Below are positions 40,630 to 50,726 of a DNA stretch of 64,000 nt, in pieces. Positions within the stretch are counted from its first letter, which is position 1, and each line of letters opens with the position of its first letter. The DNA lies in contig CAWHEU010000013.1 in assembly GCA_963828465.1 (NCBI GenBank), positions 32,001 through 96,000 on the forward strand, in the 5' to 3' direction. The notes under the pieces are model-generated. The model ran no database searches. It worked only from the letters and a program-made list of their open reading frames with translations, and had not been told where the DNA came from. The translations under genes were made by a program, and so were the position numbers. The stretch comes from an uncultured Acidobacteriota bacterium (GTDB lineage Bacteria; Actinomycetota; Acidimicrobiia; Spongiisociales; ZC4RG35).

Positions 40630-41842
40630 TGCGCTTGTTGGCCTTCTCGACAAGGTCGACACGGCTGTGGCGGAGTCGGCCGGGGCTCTAGATCGAACCG
40701 AAGTGGAGTCGGTGGCCGTGCTTGCCCGCGCCACGAGGGTCAGGTTGGCCTATCCCGACTCCATCGTGGTGGTCGCACTCGCAGGCGGCACCGGGTCCGG
40801 CAAGTCGAGCCTCGCAAACGCGATCGCTGGCGAAGAGGTTGCGCTAACCGGTGGTATCCGCCCGGTGACATCCGAACCACTGGCACTGGTGCCTGCCGAT
40901 GGAGCCGAGGCACTCGATGGGTTTCTGGACGAACTCGGGATCTCCGACCGTGTTGGGCACGACGGCCCATCGTGGCTGTGCCTGATAGATCTCCCGGACA
41001 ACGACAGCGTGGAATTGGATCATCGCCACCGAGTCGATGCCCTCCTTCCGCGGGTCGACATGGTGGCGTGGGTCACCGATCCCGAGAAATACCGGGACGC
41101 AGTGCTCCATCACCAATACATCTCGGTGATGTCTCGCTACCAGGAGCAATTCGTCTTCGTCCTCAACCAGATCGACCGTCTCGACCCTGAGGACGTCGGG
41201 GTCGTCGTCGGCGACCTCGGCAAGGCACTGCGCGAGGACGGGATCGTCGAGCCAAAGGTCATTGCCACCGCGGCCAGCCCGGTGGCGGGGCCCCCCTACG
41301 GGGTGGATCTGCTGATCGACTCGCTGGAGGCGGCGCTGGATCGTCGTCTGGCCGTGAGTCGCAAGGCGCTCGCCGACCTCGCCAGCGCCTCGTCGAGGTT
41401 GGTGGCATCGTCTTCGATGGCCCATGCCGTCGACTTCGAGAGTCAGTGGGCTGACCAGGTGGGATCCGCGTGCGATCTTGCGCTCGCCGGCAGGGCGGCA
41501 GGCGGCGGGCACGAGCTCGCGGAGTATGTGGCCCATCTAGCCACCGAGATGGGTGGTGAGACCGAGCATCGTCTGCAGGACCTCGCAATCGATACCCATG
41601 CTGCCTTCCTCAGATGCGTCGCCTCCCAGGGCTCGACCACCGAGCCCGGGAGGTCATGGCTGAGACGGAGACGTAGCGACACTCATGCAGACGGGGGTAT
41701 GGACCGTGAGGATCTGATTGCCAGGGTCGACTTGGAGATTGGAGGGCCTATCCGTGATCTCCTGGTGCAGAGGGGCCGGGCCCATGCCGCGATCACCGAT
41801 CTCGCGTTGGCGCTGGGAGATCTAGAGCGGAGAACCGGCTAA
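40622..41842 (+). CDS. Dynamin-like/YfjP-like GTPase B
   Basis: GGTGSGKSS, RPVT, IDLPDNDS, DPEKYRD, LNQID; overlaps gene A. Confidence 0.82.
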   Translation: MHDALVGLLDKVDTAVAESAGALDRTEVESVAVLARATRVRLAYPDSIVVVALAGGTGSGKSSLANAIAGEEVALTGGIRPVTSEPLALVPADGAEALDGFLDELGISDRVGHDGPSWLCLIDLPDNDSVELDHRHRVDALLPRVDMVAWVTDPEKYRDAVLHHQYISVMSRYQEQFVFVLNQIDRLDPEDVGVVVGDLGKALREDGIVEPKVIATAASPVAGPPYGVDLLIDSLEAALDRRLAVSRKALADLASASSRLVASSSMAHAVDFESQWADQVGSACDLALAGRAAGGGHELAEYVAHLATEMGGETEHRLQDLAIDTHAAFLRCVASQGSTTEPGRSWLRRRRSDTHADGGMDREDLIARVDLEIGGPIRDLLVQRGRAHAAITDLALALGDLERRTG

Positions 41843-41857
41843 CTAGCCTCGCCCCGG

Positions 41858-42634
41858 ATGAACGCGACCGCTGCGAACCCTCCGCTCGTCACCGCGATCA
41901 TCGTCATATCAGGCGTCATCCTCTATCTGATCCTGGCCGCCGCCGGCGCCCGATTCGTGGAGCGAGTACGGCAGCGGACCCCTGGATCGGCTGCCCGCGT
42001 GGCCACTCTCTGGGTGATGGTGAGGCGCGTCATCCTCATCGTGATCGTCGTCCTGGTCATCCTCATAGTGGTCGACATCTGGGGCCTGAACATGGCTCCG
42101 TTCCTCGCTGTGAGCACCGCCATCGCCGCCGCACTCGGGTTCGGCGCCCAGAACCTGGTCAGGGATGTGATCGCCGGCTTCTTCATCCTCGCCGAGGACC
42201 AGTACCGCATCGGAGACACGGTGACCATCGCCGCCACGACCGGCAAGGTCGAGGACATCCAGTTCCGTGTGACCGTGCTTCGTGACGGCGAGGGCAATGT
42301 CCACTACGTCCCGAACGGACAGATCACGGTCTCATCCAACCTCACCAGTCTCTACGCATCGCCGTCGATCGATCTGAGGGTCGGTTACCAGGCCGATGTC
42401 GACCGGGCGATGGAGGTGATGCTCGACGAGTTGACGCGCATGTCTGCTGATCCCAGCTGGTCGGACATGATCACCAAGGAGCCGCAGATGCTCGGAGTGC
42501 AGGACTTGGTGGGTTCTGGCGTGCTGATCCGGGCCCGGCTCACAACAGTGGCCGAGCAACGCTGGTCCGTGCAACGGGAGGCTTTGCGCCGGTTGAAGAA
42601 CCGGTTCGCGGACGAGGAAATCGAAATCCTCTGA
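41858..42634 (+). CDS. Small-conductance mechanosensitive channel (MscS family)
   Basis: LGFGAQNLVRDVIAGFFI, QYRIGD, HYVPNG. Confidence 0.92.
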   Translation: MNATAANPPLVTAIIVISGVILYLILAAAGARFVERVRQRTPGSAARVATLWVMVRRVILIVIVVLVILIVVDIWGLNMAPFLAVSTAIAAALGFGAQNLVRDVIAGFFILAEDQYRIGDTVTIAATTGKVEDIQFRVTVLRDGEGNVHYVPNGQITVSSNLTSLYASPSIDLRVGYQADVDRAMEVMLDELTRMSADPSWSDMITKEPQMLGVQDLVGSGVLIRARLTTVAEQRWSVQREALRRLKNRFADEEIEIL

Positions 42635-42639
42635 ACCTT

Positions 42640-42682
42640 CCCCCTCCCCGCCTACCGGCGGTACTCCCCCCTTCAGGGGGAG
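42640..42682. repeat. Twin-hairpin REP-like palindrome, copy 2
   Basis: CCCCCTCC-CCGCC tacc GGCGG-TA-CTCCCCC cttca GGGGGAG between convergent genes. Confidence 0.7.
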
Positions 42683-42687
42683 AAATT

Positions 42688-43626
42688 TCAGTCGTCGATG
42701 GGTCTCGGCCCGGCGACGATCCGGAGCGAGCCCGGGACCCACTCCACGATCCCGCCGTCGACGAGGCCCAGAGACTCGCCGTCGGCCTGGACGGCCACTG
42801 GGGGGTCGGCGGTGACCTCTATCCGCTTGACGTGGGGGACGACGTTCATCTCGGGGACTGTGCCGAGCTCACCGTTGCGGAGCAGCTTGGTGACGATGCC
42901 CGGGATGCGGCGGCGCCGCAGCCGGCTGATCATGAGCAGGGTCATCGGGTCGGGCCGATCCGGCGACACCCGGAGCGGGATGGCCCCGAAGTAGGTGTAG
43001 ACCTGGCGGAACTGCAGGAGGGCGGCGATGCCCATCTCCTCCCTGTCGCCGTGCGTCACCCGAACGTGGGGCTTGCGGCGCGGGAAATCCTTGAAGGCGA
43101 CGCCCAGGGTCGTGCGGGCATAGTGCAGCGACCCGAATCGATATTTCCGGTAAGGATCCTTCTCCGCCTCGAGCACGACCGCGGCATCCAATCCGAAACC
43201 ACAGGCAAAGACGGCGTGGTGCGTGGTCTCGACCGAGCCACGGCTGAGGATCATCCGTGCCGTCCCCATCGTCAGGGGCGGCTCCTCGCCTTCGACGATC
43301 AGACGGGCAGCTTTGACCGGCTTGGTCGGGACTCCCAACAATCGGGCTATGACATTCGTCGTCCCGACCGGGATGATGCCGAGGGCGGCATCGGTCTCGA
43401 TCAGGCCCTGCGCGACATGATGGACGATGCCATCGCCGCCCATCGCGACGACGACGCGGGCACCGTTCTCGACTGCTTGTGCCGTCTTGATCTCGGCGTC
43501 GGCCGGGGTTTCGGGCCAAACGGACTCGACTTCCGCGACCCGACCAAGTACCGACATCACCGTCCGGTGGGCGCCACCTGTGAATTGGGACGCCGAGGGA
43601 TTGGCCACGACCACGATGCGGTCCAT
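42688..43626 (-). CDS. Diacylglycerol/lipid kinase family (YegS/DgkB-like)
   Basis: ANPSA, MGGDG, IPVGTTN, GFGLDA, QADGE. Confidence 0.9.
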   Translation of the reverse strand: MDRIVVVANPSASQFTGGAHRTVMSVLGRVAEVESVWPETPADAEIKTAQAVENGARVVVAMGGDGIVHHVAQGLIETDAALGIIPVGTTNVIARLLGVPTKPVKAARLIVEGEEPPLTMGTARMILSRGSVETTHHAVFACGFGLDAAVVLEAEKDPYRKYRFGSLHYARTTLGVAFKDFPRRKPHVRVTHGDREEMGIAALLQFRQVYTYFGAIPLRVSPDRPDPMTLLMISRLRRRRIPGIVTKLLRNGELGTVPEMNVVPHVKRIEVTADPPVAVQADGESLGLVDGGIVEWVPGSLRIVAGPRPIDD

Positions 43627-43677
43627 TGACGAGGGAGCCTACAACCGATGGTCTTGCGTTCGTTACCCTCCCGCACC

Positions 43678-44640
43678 GTGACGGACTCGGGACCGAGGTT
43701 TTCGCTGGTGTCGGGCGAGGGTGATGGGGCAATGCTGGGGCTGGCCGCCGGCGACACCGCTGGGGGGCTCTGGGAGTTGGGGTACAGCGCAATCACCGAG
43801 CAGGCGACCGTGATCGCCTATCAACTGATCGAGAGTGACACGCTGGATCTCGATGCTGTGGTCACCGCTCTGAGAGAGCTGGACGGGTCGGACGAGGAAG
43901 AGCCGGTATATCGGGCCGAGAGCCCTCAATTCCGCGCATGGCTCGATCGGGCCGCCGCCGGACGGCCGGTGCCCGAGGAGGATCCGTCCCTCGACGCCGC
44001 GTCCAGGGCGGTCCCGCTCGGCGTCACGCATCGACGGCACCCGGATCGTCTCCGCGAGCAGGCACTTTCGTTGGGCAGGCTGTTCCACGACGATCCGCAG
44101 TCGATCCTCAGCGGTGTGGTGGCGGCCGGAGCCGTTGCAGCCTCTTGTTTCGGACAGTCGGGGCGGGATCTCATCACCGGGATCATCGAGATCGCCGAGC
44201 CGGCCGCGGCCACCCTGGAGCCCGACCCCGTTTCGGGCGCAGAACCCGGTGACCTGGTCGAGGGGTTGCGGAGGATTGCCGGGCATGTGGGCGTGCGCGA
44301 TGGTGACGAGGCGCTGGCAGTCGTCAGCAATGGAGATGATCCTGCCCCTTGGGACCTGGTGAGGGCAGGTCTGCTTCTCTCGGCTCCGGTGGTGGACCGC
44401 TCGCATCTCCCCGTGGGGCAGGCGGCGAGGCTCGCAGGTAGCCCGCTGGCCGCCATGGTCGGCGGGATAGTCGGGGCCCGGGTGGGGATTCGTGCCTGGC
44501 CCTGGGCCTTTGCCAATGACACCTGGTTCGCCGAGATCGGAAGGAGATTGGTGAGGGGGCCCAACGAGACCCGGGATCTGCCAATCCCCTACGCCGTGGA
44601 GCACCACCTCATATCAGGGGAGCGTCAGGGGCTGTATTGA
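43678..44640 (+). CDS. ADP-ribosylglycohydrolase-fold protein with degenerate active site
   Basis: GAMLGLAAGDTAG, DAASRAVPLG, AAMVGGIVGA match the ARH fold; TDD and DxDT not seen. Confidence 0.7.
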   Translation: MTDSGPRFSLVSGEGDGAMLGLAAGDTAGGLWELGYSAITEQATVIAYQLIESDTLDLDAVVTALRELDGSDEEEPVYRAESPQFRAWLDRAAAGRPVPEEDPSLDAASRAVPLGVTHRRHPDRLREQALSLGRLFHDDPQSILSGVVAAGAVAASCFGQSGRDLITGIIEIAEPAAATLEPDPVSGAEPGDLVEGLRRIAGHVGVRDGDEALAVVSNGDDPAPWDLVRAGLLLSAPVVDRSHLPVGQAARLAGSPLAAMVGGIVGARVGIRAWPWAFANDTWFAEIGRRLVRGPNETRDLPIPYAVEHHLISGERQGLY

Positions 44641-45889
44641 CGATCGGTAGATCGGCCGTGTTCCAATCCCGCTCCGAGTCGTCGACCCGTCGCAACACCC
44701 ACCATCCGATGCCGATGAAGCCGATCAGGGCGGCCATCGCCACGCGGCGCCCGAGTCCGATCACGTCCACGATCAACGCCCATGTCAACGGTCCGAGAAT
44801 GGTGGCGAACCGACCAACGGTTGCATACAGCCCATAGAACTCTCCGAGGTGGCGTGGTGGTGAGACCCGGGTCATGACCACGCGATCTGCGGTCCAGGTA
44901 GCTCCTAGAGCCATGCCTCCGAGTATCCCGATCGCCCAGGCCAGGCCGGTCTCACCGGTCACCGCGGCGGCGATCCCGGCGCCGATCGCCACCATCCACA
45001 ACAGAAGCACGGCGCGTAACACGTGGATCGGCCCGAATCTCTCGACCAGGCCGCCGGCTGCGAACGCACCGACGATGGCGGCTGCGATGGCGACGCCGAG
45101 CAACCTGGTCGTGAACTGGCCGTCGAGGCCCAACTCCTGAATGACGAAAATGGTGAGGAATCCGCCTATGAGGGTGTTGATGGCATCGGTGTAGAGGAAT
45201 CGGCCGACCAGGAATCGGACCACGCCGTCGTAGGTGCCGGCCAGCCTCCATGAGGCGGCCAATTTTCGTCCGATGTCCCGCAGTGCCGGCAGCGGTGCGT
45301 CGTCGTGACCGCCTCGTTCGTCGATGAAGAAGAACGCGGGTAGTGCGAGGACCAGGAAGGCGAGGGCGAGCATCAGGAACGTGGCGGCGTACGACCAGCC
45401 GAGCACGTCGAGTGTCACCACGCCGATGCCGAGGCCGATGAACGAGCCGACATAGCCGACGCCAACGCCCAGCCCGGAGATGCGGCCCCGGTTCGCCGGC
45501 GTGCTGACATCGACGAGGAGGGCGTCGTAGACGACCGCGCCGACATTGAACGCGACGAGGGCCAGGCCGAGGAGGGCGAGCGAGAGGCTGGCAGAGCCCG
45601 ATGCGAGGAGGGCGGTGGCGGCCACACAGACGATCGTTGTCTTCGCCAGGGTCGGCACCCTCGTGCCCCGGACGTCGCTTCGTGCCCCGGCCCACGGTGC
45701 CAGGAATATCACCAATGCCCCCGCACCGGCCTCGACCAGGGCGAGTGCACTGTCTGGTTCGCCGACAGAGATGAGCCATTCGGGGAAATAGCGCCCGATG
45801 ACACCGAGGGCGAAGATTGTGTTGGCCAGGTCGTACAAGACCCAGGACCAGACGGACAACCGGCCCGGGGCCTCCCCGCGACCGGTCAT
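44609..45889 (-). CDS. MFS transporter, UMF1/ATG22-like
   Basis: SWVLYDLANT, YDALL, GRISG.G...GY.G, GEFYGLY. Confidence 0.88.
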   Translation of the reverse strand: MTGRGEAPGRLSVWSWVLYDLANTIFALGVIGRYFPEWLISVGEPDSALALVEAGAGALVIFLAPWAGARSDVRGTRVPTLAKTTIVCVAATALLASGSASLSLALLGLALVAFNVGAVVYDALLVDVSTPANRGRISGLGVGVGYVGSFIGLGIGVVTLDVLGWSYAATFLMLALAFLVLALPAFFFIDERGGHDDAPLPALRDIGRKLAASWRLAGTYDGVVRFLVGRFLYTDAINTLIGGFLTIFVIQELGLDGQFTTRLLGVAIAAAIVGAFAAGGLVERFGPIHVLRAVLLLWMVAIGAGIAAAVTGETGLAWAIGILGGMALGATWTADRVVMTRVSPPRHLGEFYGLYATVGRFATILGPLTWALIVDVIGLGRRVAMAALIGFIGIGWWVLRRVDDSERDWNTADLPIVNTAPDAPLI

Positions 45890-45903
45890 GTCAGCCGATC
45901 ATT

Positions 45904-46977
45904 TCAGAACGTGACGGCCACTGATATCAGTTCCTCACGCCCGAGCAACCCGGCTGCTGCCTGAAGCGCGCGGGATGACTCGGAGAGCGGGAACTGATGC
46001 GAGACGAGATCATCGATTCGGGGATCGGTTTCGATCTGGCGAGACGCCCACTGGTATCCGACCGTCGAGGCCCCCATGGCGCCTCTGATCGTGAGTTGCT
46101 TGGCCACCAGGACGTCACTGATGAAATGGAAAGCCCGGTTGCCTTTGGTCGACGCCAGTATGACCCGTCCGCCACTGCGGACCAGGTCGAGTGCGGTGAA
46201 GAGTGCCTCCGGGTCGTCGGAGGTGACATCTACGACGATGTCCGGCCTCCGCCCGATCGCCTCGGCGATGGCGCCCCCCACGTCGTCCTTCTCAGCGTCA
46301 ATGGCCAGGTCGGCCCCGAGGCGCTTGGCCAACTCGAGCCGGTCACGATCATGGGACAGCCCGGTGACGCCCACCCACCCGGCGCCGGCCGCCTTGGCGG
46401 CAATGAGGCAGGCCAGACCTCGGGGGCCCGGGCCGAGGATGAGGACGTTCTCACCGTTCTGGAGATTGGGCAGCTCTACCGCCCAGGTATGGCCTGCCGC
46501 CAGAGGATGGACAAAGGTCCCGACTTCGGCTGGGACGTCGTCGGTCAGAGGATGCAGCCGGGCCGCCGGGTCGATGTAGAGGAACTCGGCAAGACCGCCC
46601 CAAAGGCCGGGAGGCTCGATCGAGGGGATGAAGCCATAGGAGTTGGAAGGTCGGCGGCGAACGCAGGTCGCCAGGTTGAGCTTGCATCGATGGCACTCCC
46701 CGCAGTGGATCCTGGGCTCGACCACGACCCGGGTCCCGACCGGGAACGGTATGGACGGCCCACCTCGGGCAATCCTCCCGACTACCTCGTGCCCGGGTAT
46801 CAACGGGTACACGACGTCCTTGGCCTCGCCCTTCCACACCTGCACGTCTGCCCCGGAGATCCCGGTGGCCTCGACTGCGAGCCACCCCCCATCCAGGCCG
46901 GGTCTGGCCGGCAACTCGGTGAGCGAGAAGTGACGAGGCTCAACGAGCATCATGGCCCGCGCAGTCGTGCCTTCCAT
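45904..46977 (-). CDS. Zinc-binding alcohol dehydrogenase (MDR family)
   Basis: PGHEVVG, CGECHRC...C, LGPGPRG. Confidence 0.88.
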   Translation of the reverse strand: MEGTTARAMMLVEPRHFSLTELPARPGLDGGWLAVEATGISGADVQVWKGEAKDVVYPLIPGHEVVGRIARGGPSIPFPVGTRVVVEPRIHCGECHRCKLNLATCVRRRPSNSYGFIPSIEPPGLWGGLAEFLYIDPAARLHPLTDDVPAEVGTFVHPLAAGHTWAVELPNLQNGENVLILGPGPRGLACLIAAKAAGAGWVGVTGLSHDRDRLELAKRLGADLAIDAEKDDVGGAIAEAIGRRPDIVVDVTSDDPEALFTALDLVRSGGRVILASTKGNRAFHFISDVLVAKQLTIRGAMGASTVGYQWASRQIETDPRIDDLVSHQFPLSESSRALQAAAGLLGREELISVAVTF

Positions 46978-47013
46978 CGCCGGCGAGTGTAAACCCGGTT
47001 CAGATGACGCCTG

Positions 47014-48189
47014 TCAACCGGCCAGGAGATCGCCGATTCGCTCCATTCCTCTTTCGATCTCGGTCTCCCCGGTGGCATAGGAGAGTCGCAGGAATCCGGG
47101 CACCCCGAACGACTCGCCGGGGACCAACGCCACACCTGCCTCTTCGAGGATGACCGTGGCCAGGTCGGAAGTGGAGTCCCACCGACCCTTCATGGCCCCG
47201 GTCACGTCGGGGAAGACGTAGAACGCGCCCTGGGGCTCCACGCATCTGACACCCGGAATGTTGCTGACCAGGGAGAGCATGAGCTTGCGTCTGTTGTCGA
47301 ATGCCTGACGCATCTCGTCCACCGTGTCCTGAGGTCCACGGAGGGCGGCCAGGGCGGCGTGTTGGGCGACATTGTCGACGTTGCCCGTTGCGTGGGACTG
47401 GTGGCTGTTGGCGGCATCGATGATGTCGGACGGGCCGACCATCCAGCCCACCCGCCATCCAGTCATGGAGTATGACTTGGCCACGCCGTTGATCAGCACC
47501 CAATTGTCGAAGCGAGGGGTCACGGCGGCTATCGACGGCGCGACGTCGGTGAAGTAGGTGAGACGCTGGTAGATCTCGTCGGCTATCACCCAGATGTCGT
47601 TGGCCTTGGCCCACTCCCCGATGGCCCGTGCTTCTTCCTGCGTGTACACAGCCCCGGTCGGGTTGGAAGGCGAAACGAACACGAGCAGCCTCGTGCGATC
47701 TGTCCGCGCACGCTCGAGGCTCTCGACGTCCACCTTGAACTCGTCTTCGATCCTCGTCGGCACGGAGACAACGACTCCGCCGGCCAGGTCGATGCCCGCC
47801 GGGTAGGTGACCCAGTGGGGCGACGGGAGAAGGACCTCGTCGCCCGGGTCGAGAAGGGCCGCAAAGGCCTGGAAGACAGCCTGCTTGGCCCCGTTGGTGA
47901 CCATCACCTCCGACCAGTCGACCTCGACTCCGGAGTATCGCCCGACGTCCTCGGCAATCGCTTCGCGCAGCGGCCGAAGACCCGCCGACGCCGTGTACTT
48001 GTGGTTCTCCGGGTCGTAACAGGCACGGGCTGCGGCGGCCACGACATGCTCGGGCGTGGCGAAATCGGGCTCACCCGCACCGAAGCTGATCACGTCGAGT
48101 CCCTCGGCGCGCAGCTCCCTGGCTCGTGCACTGATGCCGAGAGTGGCTGAGGGGGGAATGTTGCTGAGACGGTCTGAGGCGCGTTTCAT
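47014..48189 (-). CDS. Class I PLP aminotransferase (aspartate aminotransferase-type)
   Basis: GAGEPDF, SPSNPTG, DEIY, NGVAKSYSMTGWRVG. Confidence 0.93.
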   Translation of the reverse strand: MKRASDRLSNIPPSATLGISARARELRAEGLDVISFGAGEPDFATPEHVVAAAARACYDPENHKYTASAGLRPLREAIAEDVGRYSGVEVDWSEVMVTNGAKQAVFQAFAALLDPGDEVLLPSPHWVTYPAGIDLAGGVVVSVPTRIEDEFKVDVESLERARTDRTRLLVFVSPSNPTGAVYTQEEARAIGEWAKANDIWVIADEIYQRLTYFTDVAPSIAAVTPRFDNWVLINGVAKSYSMTGWRVGWMVGPSDIIDAANSHQSHATGNVDNVAQHAALAALRGPQDTVDEMRQAFDNRRKLMLSLVSNIPGVRCVEPQGAFYVFPDVTGAMKGRWDSTSDLATVILEEAGVALVPGESFGVPGFLRLSYATGETEIERGMERIGDLLAG

Positions 48190-48233
48190 CGTTCAGTATG
48201 GGTCACGGGATCTTGGTCGGGTGCGTGGCTCGG

Positions 48234-48557
48234 TCAGCCGTCCAACTCGTCCTTGACGTCGTCCACTGCCCCGTCGACGGCAGCAGCGGCCTCTCCGGCG
48301 GCGTCTTGGGCCGTATCAGCGGCCTCGGCTGCCATGTCCTGGGCATTCTCGACTGAATCCGATCCCGAGTCTTGGAGCTCCTCGACCTTGGTTCCGGCCG
48401 TGTCCGCGGCGTCTTGAGCGAAGTCCTTGGTCTTGTCGACATAGGGCTCGGCCTCGTCCACCAGCTCGGAGGCTTGACCCATGGTCTCGTCGGCGATGTC
48501 TGCGCCTTCTTCCTTGGCATTCCCGAACCATCCTTTGATGGTGTCCATAAGTCCCAT
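48234..48557 (-). CDS. Small acidic Ala/Asp-rich helical repeat protein (LEA-like)
   Basis: MGLMDTIKGWFG start, repeated AQDAA/AADTA units. Confidence 0.7.
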   Translation of the reverse strand: MGLMDTIKGWFGNAKEEGADIADETMGQASELVDEAEPYVDKTKDFAQDAADTAGTKVEELQDSGSDSVENAQDMAAEAADTAQDAAGEAAAAVDGAVDDVKDELDG

Positions 48558-48629
48558 CTCATGTCCCTTCTCGAGCTGGGGCGTCGCCAATCGTAGGTGA
48601 CGGGAGCGAGGCGCCGGTTCGACGTCCGG

Positions 48630-50726
48630 CTATCTGACGAAGGCAGGATCTGATGGGTCGCCTTCGGCGAACCAGACCACGACATCGTTGTCACCGGGAT
48701 GGAGGAGCTCAGGCGGGATCATCACCTCGTATCGGGCGGAACGCCCATCGGGCTCGAACACACGGGTCGCTGCTCTCACAACGCCGTCGACCGAGGCCAC
48801 CAAGATCTCCTGGCCGGTCGCTTCCCTATCGAGGGTCACGCTTCCGGAGATGAACACCGGAAGGAGGTCCGCGTCAGTCGGGACGTCGTCCAGCAGATCC
48901 TGCTGTCGAACGCTCACCATGACGTCCTCTCTGTCGTCGGCACTATTGGCATCGGACAGGGGACGGCCCAGCCACTCCTCCCAACCAGGCGGGCTGAGTA
49001 ACCAGGGGTTTCCTCCTGGGAACCAGCCTTCTTTGAGGGCGGAGGCGGCGAGCTTTTCCTCACCGCCGACTCCAATCGAGACCGGGCCTTCCCGTCCCAC
49101 CATGACCGATTCGGTCCGCCCGGCGCGTTCCGGGTCGAGCAGCGAAAGCCCTTCCATGGTCCACGGGACCTCGGTCCGGGTCACATCGCTGATCGTGGGG
49201 AGTATGTCGACAGTCTCTGCTCTCACGTCGTCGATGGTCCCTGGCTCGACCCCCGCTTGTCCGGCGGGGTATTTCACGAACATCGGGACTGCGGCAATGG
49301 TTCCGATCGTGTCCTCGGTGATCAAGCGCTGGTTTTCAACTCCGGGCCCGATGGTGATCCCGTGGTCGGCCACGACCATGACGAGGGCCTCGTCGTAGAC
49401 CCCTTCTTGGCGCAGACGATCCGTCACCGACCCGACGACGGTGTCCGCATACTGGGCCTGGAGGATGTGCCGCTGGTAACCCTGTCCCACGAGCCACCTG
49501 TCGTTGGTCCAACCCATCCCTTCACCTCCCGGTGAGCTGCCGGCGCCCGTCCGGTGGCCGTCGGCAGTCACCTCCCACGGGTGGTGGGGGTAGAGGAAGT
49601 GACCGAAGCGGAGAGCGGGCTCTGCCCCATCGAACTGGAAGGTGTCGAGGAGTCGATCGACCTCGAGTCTCCGATCGTCGTCGACGTTGGCCAGGAAGCG
49701 GTCGATGATGTCGAAGTCCGAGCTCTCGCCGGTGGTGAAATTGCCCCACGTCTGGTCGATCGGCGGCAGATCATCTGATACCTCGCGCGGTGTCGTGAGA
49801 TGCCCGTATACCACGGCGATATCGACGCCGAGGCCCGTCCATCGCTCGAGCCATGGGGCGATCCGTCTGCTCGAGTTGCTGCAAGCGAAGTCCGGGCAGA
49901 GGTTGGTGACGGTCTCCACCGCTGCGATGTCGTAGGCGTCCGAGAACAGGGTGAAAAGGTTGAGCGGATGGTCCGAGGAGATGGGAATGCTCCCTTCGTC
50001 GGCCCCGACGCCGCTGAGAATGCTGGGCAGGGCTTCTTCGGTCTGCTGCCGGACCCCGACGGCGTTCCGGTACCAAATGCCGTCACCGGCCAACTCTGCG
50101 AGGTTGGGGAACAGGTCGCCCAGGAGGTTGCCCTGCGAATCGATCAACGTGGCAACCGGAAACTCGTCCAACACCAGCAGCACGATGGGCACCGGGTTCT
50201 GGATCTCACCGGTCTCGGGCAGGTCGCCGGATCGGGCCAACGCCACATCGCCGGATGGGGTCATGAAGAGGAACCAGGCGGCAAAGATGGGTACGGCCCA
50301 GGCGGCGTAGACGGTCCCGGTCTGCACGACCGGGAAGGCGAGGAACACACAGCCGAAGACGATCCCGGCGCCGGCGACTGTCGCCCCGAAGATAAGCGTG
50401 GACGTGTCGCTCCCGAACAAGGCGACCCAGGCATTGGCGACGAAGAGGGAGAAAAGCGCCCCGATGACGATGGCGTGCCCTATGCCCGCCGTCCGGGGCC
50501 CGATCCAGCGAAGCGCCAGGACGGGGAGCGACAGCAGCGCGGGCAAGATGAGCAGCAGGGCCGGGAACAGGATGACATCGATCGCGGTGAAGCCACGGGC
50601 GATGAAGAACTCCGGATTTCTCCCGAGGAGGTCGAGCACGGGCTGAGCCAGGGCAAACGCACCCACCGCCGCCAGGGACAATGGCACCGTCAACCAGGGC
50701 GACGAGCCCAGCTGCCCCGGCTTCAT
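48630..50726 (-). CDS. Membrane alkaline-phosphatase-superfamily transferase (LtaS/sulfatase-like, NoeB-like)
   Basis: About five N-terminal TMs, LLVLDEFP, QTEEALPSILSG, HFLYPHHPW, VVADHG, VPMFVKYP. Confidence 0.82.
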   Translation of the reverse strand: MKPGQLGSSPWLTVPLSLAAVGAFALAQPVLDLLGRNPEFFIARGFTAIDVILFPALLLILPALLSLPVLALRWIGPRTAGIGHAIVIGALFSLFVANAWVALFGSDTSTLIFGATVAGAGIVFGCVFLAFPVVQTGTVYAAWAVPIFAAWFLFMTPSGDVALARSGDLPETGEIQNPVPIVLLVLDEFPVATLIDSQGNLLGDLFPNLAELAGDGIWYRNAVGVRQQTEEALPSILSGVGADEGSIPISSDHPLNLFTLFSDAYDIAAVETVTNLCPDFACSNSSRRIAPWLERWTGLGVDIAVVYGHLTTPREVSDDLPPIDQTWGNFTTGESSDFDIIDRFLANVDDDRRLEVDRLLDTFQFDGAEPALRFGHFLYPHHPWEVTADGHRTGAGSSPGGEGMGWTNDRWLVGQGYQRHILQAQYADTVVGSVTDRLRQEGVYDEALVMVVADHGITIGPGVENQRLITEDTIGTIAAVPMFVKYPAGQAGVEPGTIDDVRAETVDILPTISDVTRTEVPWTMEGLSLLDPERAGRTESVMVGREGPVSIGVGGEEKLAASALKEGWFPGGNPWLLSPPGWEEWLGRPLSDANSADDREDVMVSVRQQDLLDDVPTDADLLPVFISGSVTLDREATGQEILVASVDGVVRAATRVFEPDGRSARYEVMIPPELLHPGDNDVVVWFAEGDPSDPAFVR

